A DNA stretch of 64,000 bases. Origin: an uncultured Gammaproteobacteria bacterium (GTDB lineage Bacteria; Patescibacteriota; Microgenomatia; Daviesbacterales; UBA10151). Under the pieces are notes generated by a model, which saw nothing but the letters and a program-made list of their open reading frames with translations, was not told the origin of the DNA and made no database searches. The DNA lies in NCBI GenBank assembly GCA_964489875.1, contig CAZAZW010000002.1:385-64384 (forward strand), written 5' to 3'. The position numbers and the translations under genes were made by a program. Position 1 is the first letter of the stretch. Every line of letters starts with the position of its first letter. Below, piece after piece: positions 62,045-64,000 of the stretch.

Positions 62045-64000
62045 ATGAGGGAAAAGTTCTTTTCAATTATTTGTGCATTTTCCCTGCTCATTAATTCCAT
62101 ACTGCCTTTATTCTCAGTGAGTGCTGTTAGTGTTGTGTATGCTGAGGAAGCTACTTCTGCAGCTGAAGAGCCAACCCCAAGTCCGTCTGTAGAACCAGAG
62201 GAAAGTCCTACACCTACACCAGAGGCGACTTTAGAGCCAACCCCGACACCTTCGGTTGAACCAACCAGTAACCCGGAGCCTTCTCCCTCGCCTTCCGTTT
62301 TGCCGGAACCTTCTCCGTCGCTAGACCCCTCTCCGGCTCCTTCAACCGAGCCAACACCTGGACAAGAACAAAATACCAGTTCCCCTGAGCCAACTGTGGG
62401 ACAACCCAATGCCCCGCCGGAGGAGAGCCCAAGTCCTGCTCCAACTCCGGAGCCTTTACCCAGTGTGGAGGTAGAACAAGCCCCCACAGGTAATCTTTCT
62501 GCCATAATTTTAGAGAATACCGATGCAGAGAGCCTGGAACTGGATCTTTCGACTCAGAATGATGTATCTTCTGCCACTTTAACTACTGATAAAGGCGATT
62601 ATGCCCCCACTGATACTGTAATAGTTTCAGGTTCTGATTTTACCCCTAATACTGAATATACTTTGATTATTTCTTCGTCTGATGAGCCGGCAGTCAATTT
62701 TGAGGCTCAGGTAACAACTAATGACCAAGGTTCATTTATATATAGTTATCAATTAGATGGAAATTACAGACCAAATTATTCAGTTGAGTTAAAAGATGAG
62801 GCAGGAAATATCGTTGCAACAACAGCATTTACTGATGCTCCAGTATCGGGTTGTACCAATGATTCAGCCGGAGCAAATGATCAACCAAATCAGAAGGACT
62901 TGAGCAAGATGTGTGTAAATTATTCAGGTCTCCCAACCAGTATAGATGTTTCATGGAATTGGGATGATACAGGTTTTAGTGGTAAAAACACCGGAGATGC
63001 TTGTAGCCTTTATGATACGGATGGCGATGGATTAGCAAATTATTCTTTATGCGTTGGTGTAACAGGAGATCCTGCGGCTTGGAGTTATACCAAACTGTAT
63101 TCCTGTGGAGACGGAAGAGTTGATAGGTGCGATCAACCGACTCTTTTAATTAATAATCCTACATCAAGTTGTTCGGCATCTGTTCAAGGAACAGATCCCT
63201 TTCCTGGGCCACCTAATAATGAGCAAGGCGATGATTACCCTAATGATACTGAGGCAAATTGTAATGTTAATGTGAGTGATGTTGGCGGGAGTACAGCTGT
63301 ACTTCTCGATGTTTGTTCTTATCCTTCCGATCAGCCAAACTCTGATCCGTCGGATTGTATAATTATACAAAGCAGGACAGGCAAACTGGAAGTTGTCAAG
63401 GATTTAATTCCGGGTACTGACAGTGGCTTATTTAATTTACAAATTAATGGTGTGACAGAAGCTGCAAACGTGGGGGATGGCGGCACCACAGGAGAAAAGG
63501 TTTTGGATGAAGGAGCTCATACGGTGGGGGAAACTGCTGGCACAAGCACTAATTTAGGAAACTATACAACTGCAATTGTTTGTAAAGATTTAAATGGAAC
63601 CGGCAGTATTGTTGCCCAATCAAGTAACGCCGGACCACTATCTGTTAATCTTTCGGATCAACAGGATATTGTTTGTACGATTACCAATTCGCTGCAGGAT
63701 GGAACAATTATTGTTCATAAAGATGTCCAGGGTCCAAATGGGGAAGATGTTTCAGATAGTACCAGCTTTACAGTTAATTTAGATGGGGCAGATGCGGAGT
63801 CAATAACAGAGTCTACAACCGTCACATATAATAATGTAGCTGCTGGTACTCATACAATCACTGAGGATACTCCCCCGGCAGGTTACACGCTATTTAGTAT
63901 GACTCCTGATAATGATGCAGGTACTTCTGGAGCACAAATCACAGTTAATCCTGGTCTAACTACTGATGTTTATGTAGTTAACCGCCAACAGTTAACCCAA
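62045..64000 (+). CDS. third large secreted surface protein, 5' part (continues beyond window; not in the supplied ORF track)
   Basis: Hand translation from ATG 62045 is open for all 652 codons to nt 64000: MREKFFSIICAFSLLINSILPLFSVSAVSVVYAEEATSAAEEPTPSPSVEPEE... The signal peptide and PT-rich linker resemble those of the 45243 gene. A Cys-rich region follows, then prealbumin-like domains (GKLEVVKDLIPG...IVCTITNS; GTIIVHKDVQGPNG...). Confidence 0.8.
   Translation, partial: MREKFFSIICAFSLLINSILPLFSVSAVSVVYAEEATSAAEEPTPSPSVEPEESPTPTPEATLEPTPTPSVEPTSNPEPSPSPSVLPEPSPSLDPSPAPSTEPTPGQEQNTSSPEPTVGQPNAPPEESPSPAPTPEPLPSVEVEQAPTGNLSAIILENTDAESLELDLSTQNDVSSATLTTDKGDYAPTDTVIVSGSDFTPNTEYTLIISSSDEPAVNFEAQVTTNDQGSFIYSYQLDGNYRPNYSVELKDEAGNIVATTAFTDAPVSGCTNDSAGANDQPNQKDLSKMCVNYSGLPTSIDVSWNWDDTGFSGKNTGDACSLYDTDGDGLANYSLCVGVTGDPAAWSYTKLYSCGDGRVDRCDQPTLLINNPTSSCSASVQGTDPFPGPPNNEQGDDYPNDTEANCNVNVSDVGGSTAVLLDVCSYPSDQPNSDPSDCIIIQSRTGKLEVVKDLIPGTDSGLFNLQINGVTEAANVGDGGTTGEKVLDEGAHTVGETAGTSTNLGNYTTAIVCKDLNGTGSIVAQSSNAGPLSVNLSDQQDIVCTITNSLQDGTIIVHKDVQGPNGEDVSDSTSFTVNLDGADAESITESTTVTYNNVAAGTHTITEDTPPAGYTLFSMTPDNDAGTSGAQITVNPGLTTDVYVVNRQQLTQ

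Noticed and set aside
62002-62505. 167-aa and 76-aa minus-strand ORFs (Gly/Ser/Val-rich).
   Set aside because: They are the antisense reading of the PT-rich linker of the plus-strand gene starting at 62045. That gene has a signal peptide and stays open to the window end.
1-64000. CRISPR array, rRNA, transposase/integrase, reverse transcriptase/DGR.
   Set aside because: I saw no regularly spaced direct repeats and no rRNA-like conserved stretches. No ORF shows DDE, tyrosine- or serine-recombinase motifs, or the RT YxDD motif. The intragenic repeats of the giant gene are ordinary diverged tandem domains. An exhaustive template/variable-repeat search was not possible by eye.

Overview
AT-rich bacterial chromosome segment that reads cleanly with the standard bacterial code. 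Long ORFs stay intact and TGA is used as a stop, e.g. the ATGA junction of gatA/gatB, so there is no sign of UGA recoding. Gene content and style suggest a small-genome, Patescibacteria/CPR-like organism; this is inference only. The supporting traits are tightly packed small housekeeping genes with 1-4 nt overlaps, GatCAB, PolX, short Obg/CysRS/UDPGDH-like proteins, GT-C+TPR envelope enzymes, LysM, pyruvate formate-lyase and giant secreted proteins. I support about 55 CDS, 5 tRNAs (Gly-CCC, Thr-CGU, Asp-GUC, Glu-UUC, Lys-UUU) and one half-tRNA fragment. I saw no rRNA, CRISPR array, transposase, integrase or reverse transcriptase. Layout: 0-9.3 kb envelope-glycan cluster; 10-24 kb housekeeping (polX, lemA, htpX, obg, gatCAB, dnaE, rplS); 24.5-26.3 kb two-component pair; 26.9-30.8 kb accessory islet next to tRNA-Glu, holding small unknown genes, a caspase-like protein, a homing-endonuclease-like gene and a ~59-nt repeat family; 30.9-39.5 kb pflBA, cysS and miscellaneous genes; 39.9-43.7 kb four-gene signalling operon with a recently duplicated histidine kinase; 44.4 kb lexA. 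The most unusual part is a visibly GC-richer block at 45.2-59.2 kb, divergent from lexA. It encodes a 2045-aa protein with three tandem ~1-kb repeats of an unrecognised Cys-containing domain. It also encodes a 2153-aa protein built from three two-domain cupredoxin units (multicopper-oxidase His motifs), followed by a subtilisin-family protease. The two giants share a conserved C-terminal FN3 + Gly-rich + TM + Arg tail. A third giant secreted protein (62045 to window end) is absent from the ORF track. All function calls rest on motifs read by eye; no database search was possible.
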